A stretch of DNA of 64,000 nt. It comes from an uncultured Gammaproteobacteria bacterium (lineage in GTDB: Bacteria > Patescibacteriota > Microgenomatia > UBA1406 > HO2-37-13b). A model generated the notes under the pieces. It was not told where the DNA came from and did not search any database. It was given only the letters and a program-made list of their open reading frames with translations. Of this stretch, positions 43,729-52,070 are shown one piece after another. How positions within the stretch are numbered: position 1 is the stretch's first letter; the number at the start of each line of letters is the position of its first letter. The stretch spans positions 8,389 through 72,388 of the forward strand of contig CAYPSA010000001.1 of assembly GCA_964413645.1 (NCBI GenBank), given 5' to 3'. A program made the translations under genes and the position numbers.

Positions 43729-44853
43729 ATGAAACTCGTTCTTATTGGTATTCAAGGCGCCGGAAAATCTACCCAAGGTAATCTATTATCGAGCCAATTG
43801 GGAATTCCATATTTGTCTACCGGTCATATTTTCCGGGATATCGCAAAAGAAAAGTCTGATCTAGGGCGCTATATTAAAGAAACCATTAATGCTGGCACGC
43901 TTATTCCCGACGATAAAACACTCGAAATTGTTACTAACTACCTTAATAAGCCCGAATATAAGAAAGGCTTTATTATTGACGGTTTTCCTCGTACACTTGC
44001 ACAAGCTCATAAATACGGAGAACATATCGATAAAGTCGTCTACATAAATCTTCCCGATCAAGATGCTCTTTGGCGCATTGCTCATCGCGATGATTCCGAT
44101 CGTGATGATGAAACATTGCCCGCTATTAAACATCGCATCGAGCTTTTCCACAAGCACACAGCCCCAGTAGTTGGTTATTTTGAAGAAAAAAACAAACTCA
44201 TCGAAGTTGATGGTTCTCAAACGGTAGAGCAGGTAAACGAAGCGATCCTCAACGGGCTTGGTAAAGAGATCGTTCATAATCATGTACAAGAATGGAAGCA
44301 AAAACAAGACATTATCATTGGGCTGGTCAGTTTGCCAGGGGCAGGCAAGAGCGAGGCGGTTTCATACTTTAAGTCGCGCGATATTCCCACAGTGTATTTT
44401 GGCCAAGTTCCTGAGGAAGTTACAAAGCGAGGTCTTCCTTCTACAGAAGAAAGTGAAAAAGCCATTCGTACTGAATTACGTGAAAAACATGGTATGGAAG
44501 CATTGGTAAAGCTTAACGAACAGGCAATTATTGAAGCTCTTGAGAAGAAAAAAATCGTGGTACTTGAAAATATGCGCTCATTTCAAGAATTTATCTATCT
44601 AAAAAAGAAATTTCCACATGCAAAGGTGGTTATTGTATCAATTTTCGCTTCTAAGGCTACTCGATATGCTCGAATTACGCAGCGTCCAAATCGTTCACAG
44701 GTTTCGGGTGAATCACGTGATTTAAGTGAGCTTGTCGATGCGAATATGGGCCCAACGTTTGCTTTTGCAGATTACATGGTCATGAATGAAGGTACAAAGC
44801 ACGAACTGTACTCACAGCTTGAATCTATTTATCGGGAAATTTACTTCTCCTAA
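43729..44853 (+). CDS. adk: Adenylate kinase (short-LID type) fused to a second P-loop kinase domain (UPF0200 / dephospho-CoA-kinase-like)
   Basis: N-domain GIQGAGKSTQ..IIDGFPRT; C-domain has a second Walker A LPGAGKSE and resembles archaeal UPF0200 nucleotide kinases. Confidence 0.85.
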   Translation: MKLVLIGIQGAGKSTQGNLLSSQLGIPYLSTGHIFRDIAKEKSDLGRYIKETINAGTLIPDDKTLEIVTNYLNKPEYKKGFIIDGFPRTLAQAHKYGEHIDKVVYINLPDQDALWRIAHRDDSDRDDETLPAIKHRIELFHKHTAPVVGYFEEKNKLIEVDGSQTVEQVNEAILNGLGKEIVHNHVQEWKQKQDIIIGLVSLPGAGKSEAVSYFKSRDIPTVYFGQVPEEVTKRGLPSTEESEKAIRTELREKHGMEALVKLNEQAIIEALEKKKIVVLENMRSFQEFIYLKKKFPHAKVVIVSIFASKATRYARITQRPNRSQVSGESRDLSELVDANMGPTFAFADYMVMNEGTKHELYSQLESIYREIYFS

Positions 44854-44868
44854 AATTCTTTTTTATCT

Positions 44869-45639
44869 ATGATACATCTTAAAACCCCATCACAAATTGA
44901 AGACATGCGTGTTGGCGGTGGTATGCTTGCTACTGCACTACAAGACACCGCAGCATATGTGCGACCTGAAATGACGACTAAAGAAATAGATGACTTTGCA
45001 ACTAACCGTATTAAGGAGTTAGGAGGAGATCTTTCATTTAATAAAGTTCCGGGGTATTCGTGGGCAACGTGCCTGTGTGTAAATGAGCAAATTGTGCACA
45101 CGCCACCGAGTGGTCAAAAGGTCAAAGCCGGCGATATTCTTACTATCGATATGGGTGTTTATTACAAAGGTCTGCATACTGACTCTGCAACAACTATACT
45201 AGTAGGAGGAGTAAAAGACCCGATCAAAGAGAAATTTTTGGAATCTGGTAAAATGGTTCTTGATGAAGCGCTAAAACAGGTCAAGCCAGGTAATCGAATT
45301 GGTCATATTACTGCTGTCGTCGATAGACTAGCCAAACAAGAAAATATCTATATTATTCGCGATCTAACAGGTCATGGAGTTGGAGCGGATTTACATGAAG
45401 ATCCCCTTGTTCCCGGATATATCGAGCGGCCAATCGACAAAACCCCGCTTATAAAGCCCGGAATGGTCTTAGCAATCGAAATTATTTATAGTCCATCAAA
45501 AGCACATTATGTGCCTGAAACTGGCTCAGATTGGAGTTTAATTACGAATAATCGTACCTATACAGCATGTTTTGAAGACTCAATAGCCGTCTTGCAAAAT
45601 ACAGCTTCCATTTTGACCAGAAAGTATGGTAAAATATAG
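44869..45639 (+). CDS. map: Methionine aminopeptidase type I
   Basis: Metal-binding pattern D..D..H..E..E (TIDMGV.., GHGVG, AIEII). Confidence 0.94.
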   Translation: MIHLKTPSQIEDMRVGGGMLATALQDTAAYVRPEMTTKEIDDFATNRIKELGGDLSFNKVPGYSWATCLCVNEQIVHTPPSGQKVKAGDILTIDMGVYYKGLHTDSATTILVGGVKDPIKEKFLESGKMVLDEALKQVKPGNRIGHITAVVDRLAKQENIYIIRDLTGHGVGADLHEDPLVPGYIERPIDKTPLIKPGMVLAIEIIYSPSKAHYVPETGSDWSLITNNRTYTACFEDSIAVLQNTASILTRKYGKI

Positions 45640-45644
45640 GGTTT

Positions 45645-45866
45645 ATGAAGGAAGAGACGCTCGTAGTGACCGGAGAAGTAACGGAAAATTTACCCAATAC
45701 TTTGTTCCGAGTCAAGCTCGATAGGGAATTTAATGAGCGAATCATTTTGTGCTATCTATCTGGCAAAATGAGAAAGAATTACATTAAAATTCTTCCTGGC
45801 GATCGAGTACGGATAGAAATGTCCAGTTACGATCTTGATAAAGGTAGAATTACGTATAGATTATGA
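45645..45866 (+). CDS. infA: Translation initiation factor IF-1
   Basis: S1-like IF-1 sequence ([24 protein letters not shown]). Confidence 0.96.
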   Translation: MKEETLVVTGEVTENLPNTLFRVKLDREFNERIILCYLSGKMRKNYIKILPGDRVRIEMSSYDLDKGRITYRL

Positions 45867-45979
45867 AAGTACGATCATCAGTTAAACCAATGTGCGATAG
45901 TTGCGTAGTCGTTAAGCGACGCGGTATGTTATATATAACATGTGCTAAAGATCCAAAGCACAAACAACGACAAGGATAA
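45863..45979 (+). CDS. rpmJ: 50S ribosomal protein L36 (38 aa; not in the ORF track)
   Basis: Hand translation [38 protein letters not shown]; ATGA overlap with infA. Confidence 0.92.
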   Translation: MKVRSSVKPMCDSCVVVKRRGMLYITCAKDPKHKQRQG

Positions 45980-45980
45980 T

Positions 45981-46376
45981 ATGACACGATTAATTGGAAT
46001 TAATTTACCCGAAGATAAACGCATTGAATATGCGCTAACCTTAATATATGGAATTGGTCCAAATCGTGCAAAGATTATTTTGAAAGAATGTGGAGTCGAT
46101 CTTGCAACTCGTGTAAAAGATATGAATGACGACGATATTAAGAAACTGCAAGATTACATCGAAAAAACATTCAAAGTAGAAGGAGACTTAAAAGAAGAAA
46201 TTAATGCTAATATTAAGCGATACCGAGAAATCGGTTCATACCGAGGAATTCGTCATTCCCGAGGATTACCGGTAAACGGACAACGAACCAAATCAAATGC
46301 TCGTACCAAACGAGGTAAACGAAAGACAGTTGGAGCACTTAAGAAAGAAGATGCAGCAAAAGCAGCAGCTAAGTAA
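45981..46376 (+). CDS. rpsM: 30S ribosomal protein S13
   Basis: RLIGINLPEDKRIEYALT..; start trimmed to the TAATATG junction. Confidence 0.96.
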   Translation: MTRLIGINLPEDKRIEYALTLIYGIGPNRAKIILKECGVDLATRVKDMNDDDIKKLQDYIEKTFKVEGDLKEEINANIKRYREIGSYRGIRHSRGLPVNGQRTKSNARTKRGKRKTVGALKKEDAAKAAAK

Positions 46377-46387
46377 AAATTAATACT

Positions 46388-46765
46388 ATGGTAAAAAAAA
46401 CAAAAGAAAAACAAGTAGTACGTGAAGGTCGCATTTACGTATCATCAACATTCAATAACACCGTTTGTACTATTACCGATCTAACCGGTAAACCACTTGC
46501 GGTTGGTTCATGCGGAATGTTTGGCTTTTCAGGAACTCGAAAATCAACTCCTTATGCAGCTAGTACCACCGTTGCTGCAACCCTTAAAAAAGTCGTCGAT
46601 AATCATCAATTAGCCGCTGTTACCGTATTCATTAAAGGAATCGGACCAGGCCGCGAAGCGTCACTTAAAGCTATTCGAGCAAGTGGTGTTGATGTAGACA
46701 AAATTTTAGATATTACGCCTATTCCACACAATGGAGTACGTCCTCCTAAAGAACGCCGAGGATAA
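46388..46765 (+). CDS. rpsK: 30S ribosomal protein S11
   Basis: S11 sequence (GRIYVSSTFNNT, GTRKSTPYAA). Confidence 0.96.
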   Translation: MVKKTKEKQVVREGRIYVSSTFNNTVCTITDLTGKPLAVGSCGMFGFSGTRKSTPYAASTTVAATLKKVVDNHQLAAVTVFIKGIGPGREASLKAIRASGVDVDKILDITPIPHNGVRPPKERRG

Positions 46766-46770
46766 ATCAT

Positions 46771-47391
46771 ATGCGATACACAGGATCAAAAAACAAATTA
46801 GCACGACGAGAAGGAATTGACTTAGGTCTTAAAACACCGGGTTCAAAGGCACAAGCTTCCTTATTGCGTCGCTTAAACATTACTCCAGGTCAACACGGTG
46901 CTTCACGCAAGAAAAAAGTAACTGATTACGGATCACAGCTTCGTGAAAAACAAAAACTCAAAAGAATGTATGGAATTTCAGAGTCTCAAATGCAAAACTA
47001 CTACAACAAAGCTAATCGTATGGAAGGTAACACTGCCGAACTTTTGGTTCAATTCTTGGAACGCCGACTTGATAATGTAATTTACAAACTCAAACTTGCT
47101 CCAACACGAGCAAGCGCACGACAATTAGTTAATCATGGTCACGTAACCGTAAATGGTAAAAAAGCATCAATCGCATCATTCCAAATTAATGTTGGTGATG
47201 TTGTAGCTTTTAGAAACAGTAAAACAGAAAAAATCCCAGCAGTTGCGGAAATTATTGCAAAAAAAGACGATGCGCCTGTCATGTGGATCAAGCGAAAAGG
47301 AACAAGTGGAAAAATTGAATCCATTCCTCCTTTAAGCGAATTCTCAGAAGATGTTGTGTTACAGTCAGTTATTGAATTCTATTCTCGATAA
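46771..47391 (+). CDS. rpsD: 30S ribosomal protein S4
   Basis: MRYTGSKNKLARREG.., S4 domain. Confidence 0.96.
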   Translation: MRYTGSKNKLARREGIDLGLKTPGSKAQASLLRRLNITPGQHGASRKKKVTDYGSQLREKQKLKRMYGISESQMQNYYNKANRMEGNTAELLVQFLERRLDNVIYKLKLAPTRASARQLVNHGHVTVNGKKASIASFQINVGDVVAFRNSKTEKIPAVAEIIAKKDDAPVMWIKRKGTSGKIESIPPLSEFSEDVVLQSVIEFYSR

Positions 47392-47450
47392 TTTGTTTTA
47401 TAAATTTCCACTAAAAGTGGATTAAAATCCTCCAAAAGAGGAACAAAAAT

Positions 47451-48383
47451 ATGATCACACCAAAATTTGTGACAGAAAAAGCAGACATATCTGCAGGGTA
47501 CGGAAAGTTTTTTATCAGTCCGCTTCCAGAAGGCTATGGCCAAACGGTCGGAAACTCGTTGCGACGAGTCCTTCTTTCTTCAATTGAAGGAGTTGGTATT
47601 ACGTACATCAAAATCGATGGCGTTAATCATCCATTCTCAACATTGGAAGGTGTTAAAGAATCAGTTCTTGAAATCATGTTGAATCTTAAATTACTTCGTT
47701 TCACCGTTGCGGGTGAAGGTCCTTTCACCGTTTCATACAGTGGAAAAGGTGTTGGAAAAGTTACCGGCGCCGATTTTAAAGGTGGCGACGTAACCGTTGT
47801 AAATGATTCTCAATATATTGCAGAAGTAACATCAGCTAAAACCAAATTAAACATCGAACTCACACTTGAAAAAGGTATGGGCTACTCGATTGCCGAAGAT
47901 AAAGAAAAACGAGAACTCGGTGTTATGGCAACCGATTCCATTTTTTCACCAGTTTCAAAAGTTAACTATAAAGTCGATGGTGTTCGTGTTGGACGAACCA
48001 GTAAATTTGAAAAAGTTACACTTGAAATCTGGACTGATGGAACTATAAAACCAATCGACGCTCTTGAACAGGCTTCAACAACGCTTCAAGGTTTCTTTGG
48101 TCATGTGTTATCCGATGCACAAGATGCACAAACACAAAGCGATAATGACGCAGCACGAGTTGTGCCAGCTAAAGAAGTCGATAAAAAAGTATATCAAACC
48201 ATTATCGATGAACTCGATCTTCCAACACGAGTAATCAATGCATTACTTCGAGAAAAGATTGAAACTGTTGAAGATTTGTTAGCCCGTGGTAAAGAAGACT
48301 TAGTAGGTCTTAAAGGTGTCGGACGCAAATCTGTCGACTTAATCGAGAAAGAGCTTGAAAAGTTAGGTATTCCATTTGTCTAA
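47451..48383 (+). CDS. rpoA: DNA-directed RNA polymerase alpha subunit
   Basis: GYGQTVGNSLRRVLLSS motif; C-terminal HhH domain. Confidence 0.96.
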   Translation: MITPKFVTEKADISAGYGKFFISPLPEGYGQTVGNSLRRVLLSSIEGVGITYIKIDGVNHPFSTLEGVKESVLEIMLNLKLLRFTVAGEGPFTVSYSGKGVGKVTGADFKGGDVTVVNDSQYIAEVTSAKTKLNIELTLEKGMGYSIAEDKEKRELGVMATDSIFSPVSKVNYKVDGVRVGRTSKFEKVTLEIWTDGTIKPIDALEQASTTLQGFFGHVLSDAQDAQTQSDNDAARVVPAKEVDKKVYQTIIDELDLPTRVINALLREKIETVEDLLARGKEDLVGLKGVGRKSVDLIEKELEKLGIPFV

Positions 48384-48386
48384 ACC

Positions 48387-48923
48387 ATGTTAAACGGAGT
48401 AAAAAAAATAAAATTCAAAGATGGAGCAAACGCTAATCGAAGCTTGGTACGTAAGTGGGTAAATGATTTTATTCGCTATGGTAAGCTTGAAGTTAGTGTA
48501 GCCCGTGCAAAAGTCGTCAAAGGCACCATCGATCGACTTGTGCATAAAGCACAAGAAAACAAAAATTCCGATAATAACATGATGTTGCGAGCTATTAGCG
48601 ATAAAAAACTTATTGCAATTCTCGTTAATGACATTGCGCCTAAGTTCAAAGATCGTCAATCAGGATTTGTAACCATGAAACGACTAGGACGACGATTGGG
48701 CGATGGAGCAGAAATGGCTCGTCTAGAATGGGTAGGCGCTATTGGCGCTGCCAAGAGCGAAGTTGCAGCAGAAGATAGTAAAGATGAAGCTAAAGAGAGT
48801 AAAGATCTTAAAAAAGTCACCCCTCGACAAGCTCGGGGTAAAAAAGTGGACGCAGCTCCAAAACTAGCCAAAACACCTGTTGTTGCAAAAAGCTCAACTG
48901 TTAAAAAGCGAGGAGATCGATAA
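48387..48923 (+). CDS. rplQ: 50S ribosomal protein L17, with Lys/Ala-rich C-terminal extension
   Basis: L17-like core; position after rpoA. Confidence 0.9.
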   Translation: MLNGVKKIKFKDGANANRSLVRKWVNDFIRYGKLEVSVARAKVVKGTIDRLVHKAQENKNSDNNMMLRAISDKKLIAILVNDIAPKFKDRQSGFVTMKRLGRRLGDGAEMARLEWVGAIGAAKSEVAAEDSKDEAKESKDLKKVTPRQARGKKVDAAPKLAKTPVVAKSSTVKKRGDR

Positions 48924-48924
48924 T

Positions 48925-49356
48925 ATGACACACTTAACACACTCAACCACATCAATCAAAGCAGAAGATATTATCTGCGCATGGCACGTCGTTGATGCCA
49001 AAGGAAAAGTATTAGGACGACTTGCTACCGAAATCGCATCGTTACTTACAGGTAAAAACAAAGTAACGTATGTAGATTATCTCGATTGCGGCGATGAAGT
49101 CGTTGTAATTAACGCATCAGAAATCGTCGTTACCGGTAAGAAAGCAACGACCAAAACATACGACAGTTTCTCAGGGTACCCAGGAGGCTTGCGAAAAATT
49201 TCATATAGCCAAATGATGGAAAAAAAGCCAGGAGAAGTTATTCGACATGCAGTTTCAGGAATGTTACCAAAAAATAAATTGCGCGATAAGCGATTAGCTC
49301 GATTACATGTTTTTGCTGGAAGCGAACATACATTTACTCATAAATTTACCAAATAA
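48925..49356 (+). CDS. rplM: 50S ribosomal protein L13
   Basis: WHVVDAKGKVLGRLAT motif; start trimmed. Confidence 0.95.
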   Translation: MTHLTHSTTSIKAEDIICAWHVVDAKGKVLGRLATEIASLLTGKNKVTYVDYLDCGDEVVVINASEIVVTGKKATTKTYDSFSGYPGGLRKISYSQMMEKKPGEVIRHAVSGMLPKNKLRDKRLARLHVFAGSEHTFTHKFTK

Positions 49357-49357
49357 T

Positions 49358-49819
49358 ATGGCAACTGAAAAAAAAGAACCAAAAGTAGCGGCTCCTAAGA
49401 AAGCAAAGGAATTAAAATATTATGAAGCAGTCGGTCGACGAAAAACTGCAGTTGCACGTGTACGATTACACATTGCCGCAAGTGCTACCCTTAAAAAAGG
49501 AGATGTTACCGTAAACGACAAACCATTTACTACATATTTTGCAGCCCAAGGTCAGCAAAATGTATTATTACAACCTCTTCAACTTGCCGATTCTGCCGAC
49601 CGATTTGGCATTTCTATTAAAGTTGCTGGTGGAGGCTCACAAGGACAACTAGAAGCAGTTGTATTGGGAATCGCCCGTGCACTTGAAAAAGTAGATAAAG
49701 GTCATCGTGCAGTACTTAAAGAACATGGACTTCTTACTCGTGATGCTCGTCAACGAGAACGCCGAAAAGTAGGAACCGGTGGACGTGCCCGACGACAAAA
49801 GCAATCACCAAAGCGATAA
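49358..49819 (+). CDS. rpsI: 30S ribosomal protein S9
   Basis: GGGSQGQ..; RRKVGTGGRARRQKQSPKR C-terminus; start trimmed. Confidence 0.95.
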   Translation: MATEKKEPKVAAPKKAKELKYYEAVGRRKTAVARVRLHIAASATLKKGDVTVNDKPFTTYFAAQGQQNVLLQPLQLADSADRFGISIKVAGGGSQGQLEAVVLGIARALEKVDKGHRAVLKEHGLLTRDARQRERRKVGTGGRARRQKQSPKR

Positions 49820-49837
49820 GCTCTCATATACAATATA

Positions 49838-49879
49838 CAACCTAAGAGGTTGAACGTGCCTAGCAAATCCCGGAGGTTG
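49838..49879 (+). repeat. 42-nt conserved 3'-end element, copy alpha
   Basis: CAACCTAAGAGGTTGAACGTGCCTAGCAAATCCCGGAGGTTG, 18 nt after the rpsI stop. Confidence 0.75.
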
Positions 49880-49933
49880 CCAAACTGCGTGGTATAAGGG
49901 ACATTTTACTCTGTCCTATAACTCCAAACCCTC

Positions 49934-49955
49934 ATTTATGGGACTTATAGACCGT
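49934..49955 (+). repeat. 22-nt segment identical (reverse complement) to the RAYT upstream region at 25995-26016
   Basis: ATTTATGGGACTTATAGACCGT. Confidence 0.7.
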
Positions 49956-50024
49956 TGATGCTTCTTCCATAGTCTGTTATTATTTTCTACCGCTTGACAT
50001 AATGATTTATTTGTCATAAAATGT

Positions 50025-50321
50025 ATGGAAGTAACATATCACCCAAAAGTAGAAGAAGAGATTAAAAACCTGCCTGTCAAAGATAGTTCAAAGATTGTTA
50101 TCGACATCGAATTTTTTAAAGAAATAGAGTTCCAGTTGACAGCGGAATATATTAAGAAAATTTCGCCAAAAATCTGGGAATTAAGATCGGGAAGATATCG
50201 ATTACTGTTTGGCATGATAAGAGGAATTTGTGTATTTACGAATATTTTCTACAAAAAGACCCAGAAAACACCGAAGCGAGAATTACAATTGGCAATAAAT
50301 AGATTAAAACAATATATATGA
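50025..50321 (+). CDS. Type II toxin, RelE/HigB (Gp49-like) family
   Basis: IWELRSGRYRLLF...KKTQKTPKRELQLA pattern typical of the Gp49/HigB family. Confidence 0.8.
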   Translation: MEVTYHPKVEEEIKNLPVKDSSKIVIDIEFFKEIEFQLTAEYIKKISPKIWELRSGRYRLLFGMIRGICVFTNIFYKKTQKTPKRELQLAINRLKQYI

Positions 50322-50614
50322 AAAATAAAGTCAAAAAAAAATGGATCACGCATGAAGAACTTCATAATGACATGATGAAGGATCCAGAATATGCTAAAGA
50401 ATACAATAAGCTCAAGACTGAGTTTCAGATTGCACAGATAATGTTTGATATTAGAAAAAAGAATAATATTACTCAAGAAGAATTCGCTCAAAAAATAAAT
50501 ACCGGTCAGGCTGCAATATCTCGTCTTGAATCAGGAAATACGAATACATCTATCGCATTGCTTCAAAGAGTTGCTCGGGCATTTGACACAAAATTCACGA
50601 TAACTATCCAATAA
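50318..50614 (+). CDS. XRE-family HTH antitoxin (HigA-like)
   Basis: ITQEEFAQKINTGQAAISRLESG HTH; 4-nt overlap with the toxin gene. Confidence 0.8.
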   Translation: MKNKVKKKWITHEELHNDMMKDPEYAKEYNKLKTEFQIAQIMFDIRKKNNITQEEFAQKINTGQAAISRLESGNTNTSIALLQRVARAFDTKFTITIQ

Positions 50615-52057
50615 CTAATCCCCAGTTCCAACTAAGAATATTGCCTGCCATGGGCGGTAGTTTGAATAAAAATTCGTATCTTGAATTACGGTATCTCCTT
50701 TAGTTACTTTGTAATGAAACGTCGACTTTGTTCCTGGCGCGGCCCAATCAACCTGCTTTTGTGTTCCACGTTTCATGGTTGGGTCTTCTTGAAATTTGGC
50801 TTCAGGCGCAGATACAATATCCCACAGAGTCGCATCCGTAAGGAGTACTTTTCGATCGTCTTTCTTGCCGTATAAGGCAAATGTCACAATTTGATTTATC
50901 TTATCTACCGATGTTTGTACTAATATCGCAGCACCAGTGTCATTTTTTATTTTCAAATCAATCGACGGAGAAAAAATGGTCGCATCAAATCCAGGCTTTC
51001 GGTCATTTTCATAGTAATGAACTCTGTAGGCATGTGCATGGCGTTCTACGATTGGTAATCCCGTATTCAAGGCGGCTCTAAAAAGTGTTGTAGAAATTTG
51101 ACAAATTCCTCCACCATCGCCTAAAATGGTTTTTCCATCTTTAATAATGTAAGCAGGGGCGTAGCCGGTAGCCGCAGAAATATCTCCAACAGTTCGTACG
51201 AACGAAAAGACTTCTCCTTTTGGAATAATTATCCCATTAAATTTAGAAGCTCCTAAAATAACGTTATGAATTCTTCCTGGAATTGAACCTGAATAATTCG
51301 ACGTTGCTTCTCCAATTTTTTCCTCAATGCCAAATGAATTTGCAGAAGCTAGGGTGATTTTTGGCTTTGTAATCGTATCGGTTACTTCAACTCGAATTAC
51401 CCGCGTGCTGTCCGGATCTTTTACAGCATTCGTAATCTTTTTATTAATTTCTTCAAGTGCTTTTTCACCATTAATACGTATGCCGTTTTTTTCAAATCGG
51501 AATGCGTTCACCCGTCCGTTTTCCATCGTAAATAATGCATTTTCAGGATCTCTGTTGTACGATTCCTGCAAAATCTCCATATGTTGTTCTAAAGCCGTTC
51601 TGTCAACGCGCAAAGGTGTTTCAAATTCAAATTTACCCAGTCCCAAAACTGCGCGTACCTGCTCATATCCCTGGTTTTTCTTGTTTGGATTTCTTCCTAT
51701 GTTATAGGCAGAACGAATACTCGAATCGGTGTCTAAAGCGATTTTTAGTGTTTTTGCAGAAAACGTAGCTTCTTTATCATCGTATTTCACATGTACCAAA
51801 ATTTTGTCTAATGCAATTTCTTTTTGTTCAAGTTGTACTTTTACTTGCGACGGAGTTTTGTAAGCCACAGATTCTCCATCGATAAATACCGTCGGGTACA
51901 TACGATCTCCTACGTCGCGAGCACTTTTTGCAATGTAAAGAGCTATCAGGGATATGAAAACAATCGAGAAGAGTGTTGCAAAAAACAGAGATTTGCCAGT
52001 GAAATATATGGCTTTTTTTGCGTGATGTAACATGTTTGAAATATACGTACCAATCAA
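50615..52057 (-). CDS. VanW-family protein
   Basis: N-terminal TM; VanW core GGGICQISTTLFRAALNTGLPIVERHAH. Confidence 0.85.
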   Translation of the reverse strand: MIGTYISNMLHHAKKAIYFTGKSLFFATLFSIVFISLIALYIAKSARDVGDRMYPTVFIDGESVAYKTPSQVKVQLEQKEIALDKILVHVKYDDKEATFSAKTLKIALDTDSSIRSAYNIGRNPNKKNQGYEQVRAVLGLGKFEFETPLRVDRTALEQHMEILQESYNRDPENALFTMENGRVNAFRFEKNGIRINGEKALEEINKKITNAVKDPDSTRVIRVEVTDTITKPKITLASANSFGIEEKIGEATSNYSGSIPGRIHNVILGASKFNGIIIPKGEVFSFVRTVGDISAATGYAPAYIIKDGKTILGDGGGICQISTTLFRAALNTGLPIVERHAHAYRVHYYENDRKPGFDATIFSPSIDLKIKNDTGAAILVQTSVDKINQIVTFALYGKKDDRKVLLTDATLWDIVSAPEAKFQEDPTMKRGTQKQVDWAAPGTKSTFHYKVTKGDTVIQDTNFYSNYRPWQAIFLVGTGD

Positions 52058-52058
52058 C

Positions 52059-52064
52059 TAATAT
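52059..52064 (+). promoter_or_regulatory. -10-like TAATAT, 6 nt before ATG at 52071
   Basis: Read directly. Confidence 0.4.
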
Positions 52065-52070
52065 TATACT

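Noticed and set aside
49994-50022. TTGACA - 17 nt - TAAAAT promoter for the toxin gene
   Set aside because: The -10 ends only 2 nt before the ATG at 50025, so the predicted TSS would fall inside the ORF. The promoter assignment was left open.
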